Of a DNA stretch of 64,000 bases, positions 10,900 to 23,749 are shown piece after piece. The stretch is taken from contig NIVC01001519.1 in assembly GCA_002269645.1 (NCBI GenBank), positions 124,001 to 188,000 of the forward strand, written 5' to 3'. The notes beneath the pieces are model-generated. The model was not told the origin of the DNA, did not search any database, and saw only the letters and a program-made list of their open reading frames with translations. The number at the start of each line of letters is the position of its first letter. Position 1 is the stretch's first letter. This DNA is from Macrostomum lignano (lineage: Eukaryota). Both the position numbers and the translations under genes were made by a program.

Positions 10900-13800
10900 A
10901 GTATGACCAGACATTACATCTAGTATAGATTCTATGAAAATTCGCAGAAAAAGGATAAAAATGCCCATTGCCCACTGTTAGTAGGCAAGTAAGTTTGGAG
11001 CCCATGTGCTAGCGCGGGATTTGGGAAAAAGCGCGTTCCATCAATTCGTGTAATGAGGGTGAAATGCTGAACTCGAAAATTGGCTAAATTAAAGCTGCCC
11101 AAAGCGGCTTCACCAATTGGCGAAGATAAAAAGGTGCTGAAAACGTTTTGTGTGCTTTTACTGTGCAAACCGTAGGACTAATGCGCTCGTACTACATGTA
11201 ATCAACAGAAAATTAGCATAGTTGAAACTCACTTGAATTTATGCACATACTGTGTTGCGATTTGATGCCTGGCAGAGCGGCTTAAGTGAGTCCAGGTAGT
11301 AGGCCTTTTTCAATGAAAAATCAATGGCCAGGAGCCAAAAGTGATTAGTGGTCAGAATCGGAACCAGTATAGTGGAAACCATCTGAAATTTGAGTAAATT
11401 TGTCTTCGAGTTCATTTGGATTCGTGCTGCAAATTTTAGTATGTTATCATGCAGGACACACGTTTCTTCCTAGAAAGTAGCTTCTTAGATTTTCGAGAAT
11501 GCCATCAGCAGGGCTACTAGCACTTGATAGTTCGAATAGAGCCAGGAAGTCGCTCTGCAGCATTGCTACTCCGTCCGTTCCACTCGCCACAGCAGCTAAG
11601 TAGCCGTAAACAACCTTAATTTGTTTGATTGGATGTAGAGGTTTTGGCTCAGAATAGAAAGACAACATCTGTTTGCGGAATTTTCACAACAGTTCATGTA
11701 TAAAAATAAAAAATGATAATACCGAATAGTCCAGCCAGTTTTGTTCATTTAAATATGTCAAAAATTGGTTGTCCGTGATCGGAGTTCCCCGAACGTCTCT
11801 AAAACCGGATTTGAAACACGACTAGATGGGTGGTGAGCTTCGAAGCCGTTTTTTTCAGTGGGTGCTGCGACATGAGTGGCTGGCGCTGACAAAGCTGCTG
11901 CAGCTGGCAGTGTGCTGCGATTGGGAAGTCTTGCAGATGACTTTGGTTTGGTAGTTCGGGAATACTTTGCACGTTTTCTTCCCCAGTGCTCCTCTGCACC
12001 CTCTTCAGTATCCTTAATAGGTCTTTTTGATCTACGAAACTGAGGATTTGACTCAACATGTTGCAAAATATTTGCTTCTTTGATCCTTTCATGTATGAAT
12101 TCTGCATTTTTGACCGCAAACTGTGCTGGTGACAGTGGCAGCGGGAAACATGATTGTGACGTTGTCAGTTTAAGGTGGTCCCGAAAAGGGCCGTTGGACT
12201 ACTGTTTCTCTATAGTTTCAACCCTTCAGTTTCACCGTTTCAACTAAACTTTTCCATTTGTTTATTGCGACGTTTACTTGTAGTAGTGCCCAACGATTTT
12301 GTGGCAATTTCTAATTCACTGTATATTTTGCTATCCTCTCTCGCGACCGTATAAAATTGGCACGATCGATAATTTTAAGTTCTCTCGCCAGCCAATGAAG
12401 ATCACTCGTGCTTCGCGCTACCCCCCCTCTGCGCTCCTTTATTAAACCCCCGCCTGGCGGCGGGCACTCCTCACTCCTGTCCTTATCTGTGCTTCTCTCT
12501 TCCTCCCGGCCTGTCCTTGGCCTTGTGTGTGTTTTTACGGCCTTGTTTTCCTTCTCTCTGTCTGGCTGCCTCGAGCCTCCTTGCCTCACGCCACGACTGA
12601 CGCCAACTTCGCCACTGCTCATCTGCCTACTACGTCTCACTGCCTCTTCTGTACTCATTGCCATTGATCATCACGTTACATCGCCACTGCATCACTCGTC
12701 TGTCGCTTGAACTCACATCCAATTTATCTTAAAAGAAACCATTGTTGCAGCCGCCAGTGCCCAGAAAGCCATAGTTTGTCATTTGCCAGTAACAACCAAC
12801 TTACTATTTATATTGATAATAAAAACCGACTACGGCAGTTTCCTGCCCTTATTGCCAAGTGCTCCGCTACACCAACCACTTCGCCTAAGTTGACTTCAAC
12901 TTATTTTGGGACTAAAACGGCCCTTTTAAGGGTCACGGCCAACATCAAATAACGTGACATGATTTAATTCTCTTAAACCAACTTTCAACGTGCGCATTCG
13001 AATATGGCGACTTTAATTGTGAATCCAAAAATACTCGACTCCATGTACAAGCCGCCCATAGTGGAAGATAAGGTAAGTACCGAGTCAGAAGTAGATCAAT
13101 AAGGTCAGGTGAAAACAATTCATTGTCTGAAGTTTCTACTACTTTGGTGGAACCTGCGAGTTGTTTCAAAATCGAAACTCTTATTCCATCAAAGTATTCG
13201 AAGTATGGAGACCTTCTGTACATCGCACACTCGAAGCTGTCATCCTCTGGCATTGGAGTATCCGTTGTCTCGTTTTCTTTAGTTTCATCAGTTGAATGAG
13301 ATAAGCTTTCAGAAGAGCATCTGTTCTTGCTGATTTCTTCTAATTGGCTTTTAGCAATGAAGCAACTGGCACTACTACTAATGGAGAGAAATATTGTCAT
13401 GATGTTTCGAATTATTGATTTTACTTCATTTACGCACTGTGACGTCATTATCAAATTAAAGTAATTTAAAAAAGTTCCTCTAAGATGAGCGGGGACTCGC
13501 TTTCGTTTTAAATATCGACTTACTGAATGCATCAAGTGGTTTCTACACAGAAATACCCCAATAGTTGTGCTCGTACATGTACATGATTGACTGCTTGAAG
13601 TAATGAAATTGCATATTTAAATGTGTCTAAGTCACACTGATGGAACTCTAAGCAGCTATGAATTAGTGCCCACGAAAAGTCAGTGACCCAAATAATAGGA
13701 ATATAAGGTTGTCGAAGCGATGACAATATGTTTAATATGCTGTGTCTTAGCAGGCGAAGGAAGGTTGATATAGAGGCAACGCTGTGGTCATTCGTAATGC

Positions 13801-14700
13801 AGTCGGCCACAGAATTCGATTTAATCAGACTTGATGCAGTGGTTACAACTGAGTACAAATATATTTTACCAGGAGCCGTGCACGACTTTATTATTGAGCC
13901 TGTCAAGTCGATGTGTAGAACTAAAGGGCTGTTCTGCCGTAGCGCCGCTAAAAGATAGTCAATTTGCTGGCCGGAATACATTGCCATACGAATTAAGGGG
14001 ATCAAGGGCAGCGTTCTCTTATTCCTGGTAAGCGTGAGTGCGGATACTGCTCTAGAAGGCCATTTTTTGCACGATGGAATTCTTTATCCATATTACTATG
14101 TAGTCTGTCATCATTTCTTGATCTGGTAATGACTCGTCTTAGAACGTTTTTTGACTTACAGGAGTCGAAATTCTTAGATAGCACATGAGTCATATGTGCC
14201 TCATCAAGCATTAGTTTTCGGTGAGCACTGCATGCTTACTCCATGACGAGAGACTATAGATCTGAAACGATTCTCTTCTGCCGCTGTTATTCGTCTAAAT
14301 GAAGGCGACGCAGCATTTTTGTGACAAAATTATAGTCCCTCTCCTTTCCCATCCCATTTCCATAGGTGACTACTCTGAGGTGGACTTTTCATGACGAAGC
14401 TATAGGTTCTACCACAACCCTCGATTTTACAGGATGCCTTAACAGTCCAGAAATTACTATTACATTTTCTTGACAATGGTGACGTTATGTGGTTGTAGCC
14501 CCTCATTCGAAGGCAGCAGGATGACAGCTTGCGCAGGGATAAACATAATGCCTCATTAAGATCGCAGCCTTACTGAACAAAAACTGCAGGGATCCATTTC
14601 TACTTTCTCTCAGTTGTACTTTCTCTATTTCAGACTGCTCCAAGGTGAACATTCCAGTGACAATATTATTCGATGCATTTGTGGAGTCGAACAAGAGTCC
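10900..14700 (-). mobile_element. Degenerate Mutator-superfamily (NOF-FB/Rehavkus-like) transposase with C-terminal Ulp1/C48 peptidase
   Basis: Fragmented ORFs: LHIDLTG (D1), WVTDFSWALI (D2), frameshifted CRNH (CxxH), LPYLPLW...NAHVESWFK (E), EEHWGRK; LVPILTTNHFWLLAIDFSLKKAYYLDSL at ~11270-11375; frameshifted Q[C]GIFIL at ~10965; many stops and frameshifts. Confidence 0.75.
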
Positions 14701-14809
14701 TTCATTCGGTGGAGACTATGGATGACTACTTTTTTGTTGCGACTGCTCACACCCATCATCACTGATTGTCTCAAGTACATGTACTTCGTTCGGTGCACAA
14801 GGCGTCTGA

Positions 14810-15419
14810 TAATCGTCTGATAATGATTCCGTTCGTTTCACAACCTGATATTCTTCTGATTTGTACAGTCGGATCGCGTCCATCCATTTGGCTGATATAA
14901 CTGTCTGCACCTGGCGGTTGAATAGTTAAGGTTCCTTTGGATTCAGTTTGCCAAGTTGCAAGTCTCGAATCAAAACTGGCGTATGCATAATGAATGCGCG
15001 AACGGAGAAGTTTGGGGCAATAAAAACTCTGTCTGTCTGTCTGTATCAAGCACACGAAGAGGGAAAGCCAGAGAAGACAGAAGGCGGATCTTTCGGTCTT
15101 TCATGTCGACCATTCTTCAACATGGGGTGTCACTTGGCCAGTGCTTTTGGCATATTTCCATGTGTTCAGTCCCTTTCTAGAATGGTAAACTTTGTCGCAG
15201 TGGTTATTTTCAACAAAGTTTGTAATAAATTCATCCACGCATACCAGCTAGCGTATGGTCGCTTAGAATTAACATCCTTCTTACCTAAAAAATATTTGGT
15301 AGGGTTTGTCTCCAACGCTCCCGTTCTCGTGCATCTCAAGGAAGAGCAAAAATCGTTGTTCGGCTTTCTTCTGAGTTATAGTTTGATCTGCAGTTAAAGA
15401 CGCTGCACTTTCTCGACAT
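14810..15419 (-). pseudogene. Internally deleted P-element/THAP9-like transposase remnant (THAP domain plus core fragment)
   Basis: Hand translation: MSRKCSVFNCRSNYNSEESRTTIFALP*DARERERWRQTLP (from 15419); ICQKHWP...RPKDPPSVFSG; ATWQTESKGTLTIQPPG..ISAKWMDAIRLYKSEEYQVVKRT (frameshifted), typical of P-like transposases. Confidence 0.7.
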
Positions 15420-16272
15420 TTTCCACAGTCGCACAAGAGTTGGGGGCTTTTTATTTGCCCTCACACCTCTTTAGACTGAAGAGTTGCAGTTGGAACGGCC
15501 ATAGAACACTGCTTTCAAACGAGCCCACAACTTTTTTCACCATGATTTGGCTTGTTTCGCGTCCCAGTAGTTTTAGTTGTCCCTGTACTAGGCCTACGCA
15601 TAAAAAGAATGTTAATCAGTTAGTCTATTCTTCCCCTAACCAACATAAATTTAAATTTACATTTTAATTAGGACATCGTACTGTACATGAAAACGACAAT
15701 ATGTAAAGACGAAAAGTGCCACATTTTTTCGTTTTGTCTTATTACTACGGGCTACGCGCCTCGAGATATGCAGTTTATTTCGTATAAAGTAAACACTTTA
15801 AAAAGATTAAACAACAAGTAGCGAGTATTGTAAAGAGGCCTATAATAATTTGCTGTTTATAAACATAATTTTTTTCACTGTTTTAATCTATTTCATTTTT
15901 TTATTAGTTTAAATCAAAAGACGATTGCTATTTGTTGTAATCCAAGAAAATTTTAAACACGGATTTTTCTTTACGAAGATTGACATGATCTATTCGTATA
16001 GATCTATATATAAAGAATTCTTATATTAAAAAACTATATCGTAGTACTAATCCAGTGTCCTAATCGTAGGCCTACGTGTTAGTGAAACTGTATAGTGTGA
16101 GTTGGTGAATCTGTAATTGAATCGTACTGGACGATACATTTTTTAAGTTTCATATCTAATAAGTCATAATTCAGAAATTTTTTGTCAATTATGAGTAACA
16201 ATGTTTTATAGGCCCTAGGTTTTTGTTTGGTCTAGGTAGTGTAGTAGGCCTAGTTACTCGGTAGAAAGTGGC

Positions 16273-16653
16273 CTGGGTTTTTTTTCGTCCGAAATCCAGT
16301 TGCCAAATGGCAACTGGAGCTCAAAATCCAGTTGCCAATGGCTATTTTTGGTTGCCCATTGGCAACTAGGCCTAGCCAAATTCTTGAGGATAAATATTTC
16401 CAAGACACTAAATTTTGAGTAACATGTACAATGTACATATTATACTAACAATAAAAATAACAAACTAACAATTCCATCATATCATATCAATTTATATGGT
16501 GCTTTTTTACACTTACAAAAACAATTTTTGCAATTGGCAACTGGCATGGGAAAAATAAAATGAAGTTGCCAGATTGGCCTTTGATGCCTTAAATCCAGTT
16601 GCCAATGGCTTTTTTGGGTAGCCGGTGGCTACCGTATGGCCTAAAAAACCCAG
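16273..16653. mobile_element. Probable hAT-like MITE with repeated CCAGTTGCCA motifs
   Basis: CTGGGTTTTT / AAAAACCCAG ends; 8-bp flanks AAAGTGGC / GAAGTTGC (6/8). Confidence 0.5.
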
Positions 16654-16671
16654 GAAGTTGCTGGCCTAACT

Positions 16672-17883
16672 GGCATTCTTTTGGATGACGATCACCTGAA
16701 AAGTGACGATCACCAATGTAAAAGTTCTGGGTAATTGAAATTGAAAGTAAGAAAGCGAGTCAAACAAATTGTCCAGAAATTAAAAAACCCAACATTGGGG
16801 CTATCAGTCATGAATCGTATATTTCGTAGTAACCGCCATGTGTATTAAATCAATTTCGGATGGAATGATCGTCTTCCGAAACTACAGCTTGGAAATTCTA
16901 GAAAAAAATTAGTGTCTCAAAGTTTAACATCTAGTGAACGTAAGTCAGTTTCGGAAGACGATCATATTAATATGAAGGTAGCCCTGAAATGATCGCGTTC
17001 CAAAAGTACAGAGTTTTTATTGTCTTAGGAGCAGTAATCATTTCATTCAACAGACAGAAGTTCAAAGTTGAGGCCAAAGAGGCGCTCATCCGAAACCCGT
17101 GGAGCACCATCCAAGGGGTAGATGTGCTTTAAGTCCTGGAAGAACTTATGGACAAACTGTTTCATTTCTTTGTTACGGTGGGAGCGGTACATTAGCTCGA
17201 CTAGGTATGAAGCGAAGTGTAGTGCACTAGTTCCATGCATGTTCTTAAATTTGGCTTTTGCAGTACCCCAAAAGCCCTCAATGCGATTCGTGTGTATGTC
17301 TTTCTTCTCGCTATTTCGTTCAATAGTCATCTTAAAGTGCTCTTTGTGGCAGACAACCCAGTGACTATAACCCATGTGTTCCAAGTCAAGGTAAGCAGAC
17401 CAGCCGTCGCTGAATACAGTTGTTCCAGGGAGAATGAACTTCTCAATTAAAGGTAGAAGTTTCTTTTGACCTGTTTTCAACAGGCCAAATGACAGTACGG
17501 CCATCGTGTCTGTCTGTCATGCCGAAAATCCAAATTTGTTGGCCCAGTTTCGCACCTCGGTTATATTTCATCTTTCGGCCAAAGAGGGACTCATCTATTT
17601 CAACGATGTGTCCGACACCACCAAGAGAGATCGTATCTTGACGTGTCTTGAACCATTCACACATTACGTCTCGAATGAAGTGGCCCCATTGCACGGCTGC
17701 CTCCGCTTCAATGCCGTACATGGCGTGCAGTGAACTGTGGGTTATAATATGGATGCCTCACCGTTTTACCAGTGATTTCTACAGCAGTTTCAGTATACTC
17801 ATTGCTTCGATAGGTCTGAATCCTTGTGTTCAACCACAAACTTGTAAGAAACCAGGAATGATCGTCAATCTCGAAAGAATGCC
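16672..17883 (-). mobile_element. Merlin / IS1016 (IS1595-ISXO2-like) DNA transposon with frameshifted DDE transposase
   Basis: ORF pieces 17721-17443 and 17504-17043: VEIDESLFG, IWIFG, FSDGWSAY, HTNRIEGFW; TIRs GGCATTCTTT....TGACGATCA at both ends; 8-bp TSD GCCTAACT / GCCTAACC. Confidence 0.88.
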
Positions 17884-18000
17884 GCCTAACCTAGGCCCTA
17901 GTCCTATGTTGCCTATGTCTATGATATAATATGTTGATCTATTTTTAAATTAGTATAGTAGGCCTAGTTTGGCTATAATAGGAGTAGAACTCTGTTTAGA

Positions 18001-19234
18001 AAACTGATTACTTTGGTGACAATCAGTTTGATGATAGTCAAGTCAGTTAGTCACTTTGGTTATATCCATTGCAATGACAAGTTAGGTAGGCCTATTTGTC
18101 TTTGGGGCCAATTGTATAAACCTATATATATAGAACATTTTTACATTGCCTAGCTATAGTATGGTGTAGGACCAAGACTGTCACATACCAAGACTTGGTA
18201 GAGCTAGAGGGGAAATTTGGCTCAATGTATTATTAGATAGGCCCTAGTGCTAAAGAAGAAATGAATAGGTAATAGATTATAGAGCCAGCAGGACAAGGCT
18301 GTTAGAAAAGAGCCTATGAAAGGAATAACAATGCTAAAGGATTAGTAGCTCTCTCTCAATACTAGTAGGGCCTAGGCCTAGCCAACAATGGCTGTAGCAG
18401 TCTTAATATATGGCAGTCTAAGTCATGTACCATGGCTGTCTATTATTTAGGCCCTTACAAGTTTGAATTGTTTTATAATAAAATTAATAAATCAATGATA
18501 GAGTTTTTATTAATAGTTATCATATCTTTCTTTTTCTTTAATTTTTAATTTATTAATATTAACTGAGATTTGATTTTAGGTCTTATTTTACACATATTTC
18601 AATTTGTTAATTGAGTCCAGATCATGTTAAATGCATGTCGGAATGCTCTAAACCAATGCATGCCAGTGCCAATTAGATACACACCAGTGCTAAACAAAAG
18701 GATGCCAAACTAGGCCTAGGCCTAATATTACAGAAAAAAACATTTTTTATATTAAAAAATGCATTTCAAAAAATTAGGCCTAAGTCTTCAATGTTTTTTA
18801 AACTTTTGTAGCATGCAAATGTATAACATTTCTTTTTGGCACATTAAAATTTACTTGTCATTTTGCAATAAAAATAAATATGAATTTATGTCTTTATAAT
18901 ATTATGTCTTTTCACAAACTTTTCTCAACAAAACATGCCCTACTATCATGCCAGGCTCTATTTATGCCAACTATTGCATACCAACATGCCCCTTTTAGTA
19001 TATAATACCCAAATACACATCAATGCACGTTATAATTTTTAGGCCAAACCAAATGTATGCTATAATTTTTTTGGCATGATATATGTTTTTAATTACTTTT
19101 AAAAAACAAATAAAAAGATAATAATGATATAATAGATAGATTTTATACATTTTTGGCACCAAAGTAACCTGTCACCAAAATGGATATCACCAAAGTGATT
19201 ATCACCACTGACTATCATCAAAGTAATTATAATT
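18001..19234. mobile_element. Non-autonomous DNA element with subterminal ACTTTGGTGA repeats and 10-11 bp TSD (Mutator-like)
   Basis: CTCTGTTTAGA at 17990-18000 and 19235-19245; inverted similarity between 18005-18070 and 19150-19230. Confidence 0.65.
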
Positions 19235-21289
19235 CTCTGTTTAGACTTTAGATCTTTTCTTCTATCTAAATTATACTTAGGTAAAAATACTCTATAGATA
19301 ATAAATTCAAGTATAGTCCTAATAAAAATGAAGCAGTAAATTATGTTATTTTGTGCTAGTCATTCCAGTATACTTTCTAATTCTACATATTAGTTTGGGA
19401 TTTGGAAGATCCTATAGATATAGTTTTGTAGAGCCTACTTATTTCTGGCATAAATTTGGTTTAGCAATTAGAAGTAGTATATATATAGCATAATATGTCT
19501 AGGTTTACCGCTTTATAAAATTGGCTAGGCCTGTTTATTAGCATTTTATATTGTCTAGTCTAGGCTTATCTACAAGATATGTATTAATTTTATTTATTAA
19601 TATAAAAAGCCTTTAGATAATTGGTTATATATATATTGCCTTCTAATCTATGGTAACTATATAGGTTTTGAATGGTTCTATTTTCCACTATGATATACAT
19701 GCCCAACACCTGTCCAGCCTGTTTGAACTGGATAGGTAAAATGGCCACTGGCCAAGTTAATTAAAGACAAAATAAAATACACAAAAAACAAAAAATGGAG
19801 GAAGGAAGAAAGAAAGAAAAAGAAGAGAAAAGGAAAAGAAAGGAGGGAGAAAAGAGAGAGGGGAAGAAGAGAAAGAAAGCAAAAAAGAAGAAAAGAGAAA
19901 AAAAGGCAAGAAAAGTCATATAAAAAGTGACAATTAAATTGCAATTGAGGGAACTAAGTCGCAATTGGGAGGAACTAAGTTGCAAATCTAGACAAAAGTA
20001 AGTTGCACCAGACAGATGAAATTTTAAGGTTGGGCATATATGTATTATAATATAGCCATGATGGCTTTTAATGCTAGAAAATAGTCATATTGCAAATCAA
20101 AGTTATATTATACTTACAAATATATAGCTATGATAGGAAGTTATAGATATGGAGGTTTTTTAGCCATGGATACAGATATGGATATGGTTATAATAGGAAT
20201 ATATATGGTTATGTAGGAACATTTCCCATATCTAGTTTCGATATCTAATAATACCACTCAATTAAGATTTGAAAAACCATTAGAACTATTGATTTGATGA
20301 GGGTAGGGTTAGGGTAGTAGAAATATATGAATATTGCTAGTTTCAAAATAAGAGGAACTTTTAACTCCCTAAAATTTAGGGCTCAAGTATCAATATAGAT
20401 CTTCAATACCATGTCTATGTTATAGTTTGGTGGTAAGGGCTAAGGTTAAGATAATTGTTTTATCATTTTTAAAAAGCTCCCAAGTCCTTAACATAGATTT
20501 GGGGACTTAACCAAGAGTTTCAATGCCATATGCTTGCTATGGTTAGGTGGTAGGGGCTAATGATAAGATGAATATTTTTACTTTTGATTAAAAAAATCTC
20601 TTTAAATCCCTAGAATCTTGGAAACTAATTAATGAGTAGGCCTTCACAGAAGATCTTGCGTGATAACAAATAAAGATTTTGTTACTTTAATTATTTAATA
20701 TATCAAATAGTAATAGAAAATAGAAAAGATATGTCAAGAGAAAGGGAAAAAAAGAAAAAAGAGAAAAAAGAGAAAAATAAAGAAGAGAAAGAGAAAATAG
20801 AAAAGAAGGCAAATAAACAAATCTCATTGTTTTCCCTTTGGCCTAGCAGTCTTTGCAGCTTTAGTAGCAAAACTAAATGTAGCAGCTTAGACAGAAGGCC
20901 TCTACCAGATGGTGTGGCCAGCTAGTCAAAGTTTTTACCCACATAGCAGATCAAAAGGCTGCATTAGATATGTGCCCTTGTGTAGAATTTAGCATTGGTC
21001 TTGCTGCTTGGACTGTTATGCACTTAATGCCACAAATAGCATAGCCATAAGTATAGTGTTCAGTTGCCTGTTCAAGGCATCCATCAAGGTCTAAGTCTTA
21101 GCATTATGCAATTTAGTTATAATAAGTTTACTAGCTAGTATCTTGGCTTAAAATACTGTAAGCTCTCTCTCTCTCTGTCAGGATAGCTGAGAATTAGTAT
21201 CTTAGCCGGCCCCAGCTAGACAGAAGCAGCAGTCAGCACCCAGGTCCACACTAAAGGCACATCCATCATGACCGAGAATGCACTCAGGC

Positions 21290-22686
21290 TAAATGCCTGC
21301 AACTACCGTCACCTGGTGAACGATTGGTGGGAGTCCTTGCAGTTATACTGTCAGAGTCGCACATGCTGAAGACTCTAGATGTGGGCCGTTGATGCCGACT
21401 GGAGTGTTGACTGGTAGCTGAAGCTGCGCGTTGATGCCAAGGGCTCGTAGCTTTGCAGCAGACACAAGCGTCACCTGCACTCCAGTGTCGAACAGCCACC
21501 TACACAACTGGCCGGCAATGCTGCTAGGGAGAAAAATAGAGGCAGGTTGGGCCTTGATGAGTAGGGCTGGTGATGGCCCACGGTCACCAGTCCTCAGCAG
21601 TTTTCTAAAGCCGGAGTTGGATAGGCCTTGGCATGGCGCCCTCTGCCCAAGCAGTGGTAGTAGGTGATCTGGGGCGCTAGAGCAGATTGTCAGCTTGGGC
21701 ATTGGGCAGCAAAGTGGCCAGGCATTGAGCAGTTAAAGCATTTGCCGTGGCCACCTCTTCCTTAAGCACTGTCCCTGCTTCAACTGCCACCTTTCCTTGA
21801 GCGCTGCCCCTGCTTCGACTGCCGCCTCTTCCTCTGCCCTGTTTTCCGCTGCACATACCAATAGCGGCAACCATGGCAAGCAGCTTTGTCAGCTGCTCCT
21901 GCATCCGGCCCAGCTGATCTACCATTGGGTTGCTTGCTGTGGTTGCCTCTACGCTCGCCATTGCTCCCCTGTTGCCATTGATGCTCTCCAATGTTGTGGC
22001 ATGGTCAGCCACCATTTCAGGACTGATAGTGTTGCAGTAAGATTGCTTCAGCAGCGATTCCCTGATGTCCTTGGGCAACAATGCCAGTAGCCAGTGACGC
22101 ACCTCGCAGTCTCTCACTTGCTGGCTGTGGTCTAGGCATGCCTACAGTAGCTTCAGTGCAAAATCCCATTTTCTAGTTTTGAAGTCAGTCATGGTGCAGA
22201 AAGTGTTGTCCTTACTGCCGTAGAAGACAATCAGCGCCTGCTTGATGCTTTTGTAGCTTGCTTTCTTCGCCTCTTCAAGCTCCCATACAAACACCAGCAC
22301 CTCTCCCGTCAAAAGCAGCTTAATCTTAGATGCACTTTTGCTGTCATTCCACTCAGAATTATTGGCAAAATCTTCAAACATCTGCAGCCACATATGGATG
22401 TTTGAATCTGCAGAGCCAGAGAACTTAGGAGCATAGGAGGTAAGAGTGTGCTGAGTTGCTTGTCCATGATTTAGCAAATCTGAGCTGACTGACTGAATGA
22501 GTCACTGCTGCCACCAATGTAAGGCAGGTATGTGCTAGAACAAAACAGTCTTGTAAACTGCTAAGATGCGCAGGGTTGACTATATATATTTGGGAGTCAC
22601 ACAAGACAGCAACAACCCCCCTCATATAACCAATAAGATGTACATTAAGATGTACACTCATTTAGGCAAGCAGTGTACACTTGACA
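21290..22686 (-). mobile_element. Truncated, degenerate Gypsy LTR retrotransposon (5' LTR, PBS, gag, protease)
   Basis: LTR 22686-22518 (TGTCA...TTACA); PBS TGGTGGCAGCAGTG (tRNA-Leu-like) at 22516-22503; gag PKFSG..WLQMFE..W; zinc knuckle CFNCSMPGHFAAQC (~21740-21699); protease LFDTGVQVTLV (~21490); no RT or 3' LTR seen. Confidence 0.8.
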
Positions 22687-23749
22687 ATACTATATAAGTT
22701 TTTATACCATTTTGAATAATTTTGGTATATTGAACATTTAATATATAAATTTTTATATTTTAGACTTATTAGTGACATTTGTCTTGACCTTAAAGTTCCA
22801 TTGTAATCAAAATTTTCCCATATCTATCCATATTGTAGCAAAATTTTACTTTATTTGTAAGGCTCATACTAGGCTAATTATAAGCTTAAGAGTATTGAAA
22901 ACATATCTTGAACCTTAATAACCAGCATGCAAAATTACAATGGAATGCAAAATTGCATTTTGAGAGATGTAATTTACCTATTAACACATAATGTCATATA
23001 GATATTTTATTGCCTTTCCCATTGTCTAAAAATTGTAGAAAATTACCAAGAATAATCTAAAAATATTATTTGGGAAATATTAATTCTAACCAATTTTATT
23101 TTTAATGATTCTAAGATATCAGCTAGGTAAATTTATCAGGTTATCTGTGCTAATATGATATCAAAAAAATCTATGTCAGGGGGGGTCCTTAACCTATGGC
23201 CTATATGCCACTTCAGTGTGGCATATACTTTCTCTTCAATGTTGCCTATGAGCCATTTTTAGTCTAGGTGATTGTTGATATAATGACATTCAAGCTTGGG
23301 AAGGACTCTATTGTAGTAAATTGAAGGTGGATTTTTTATTTTTTTTAATGCACTTTGTGTAGCCTGCATATCTTGAGCTAATGTCTAATATGGCTTGCTG
23401 CCAACAGTGGGTTGGGAACCCCCCCCCCCTGTCTTACAACTGTCAATTACAATATGGAGTTTTAATTGTCATAATTTCAAAAAACTATTATTTCTAGATT
23501 TCCTAATCCTCACTGTTCCTAAAATATTTTCATGCCTACTACTGTCAAGCAGCAATGCTCAATCAGGTTGGCATAGCAACAGTTGCTAAGGCAAAGCATT
23601 TATTAATTTTGGTGGCATCTGCTGGACTAAAGTTAGCTAAATTTGGTGGCAATGCATCTAGACCAGCATTGTTAATGCAGTTCAATCCTGCTAACAAATT
23701 TGCCTGTTTATTGGCCAGACTGCACCTGCGCTTTGTTTGGCACTGTCAG

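Noticed and set aside
12396-12679. Small solo LTR (minus strand TGTAAC...TTCA with AATAAA) inside the MULE, and a weak inverted repeat at ~12175/12930
   Set aside because: No matching TSD and only ~12 bp of inverted identity; insufficient to call.
14948-15397. 149-aa plus-strand ORF
   Set aside because: Antisense to the degenerate THAP/P-element remnant, no recognisable motif.
7430-16240. Long TIRs bounding the whole Mutator element
   Set aside because: Only short chance-level matches between the AT-rich flanks were visible.
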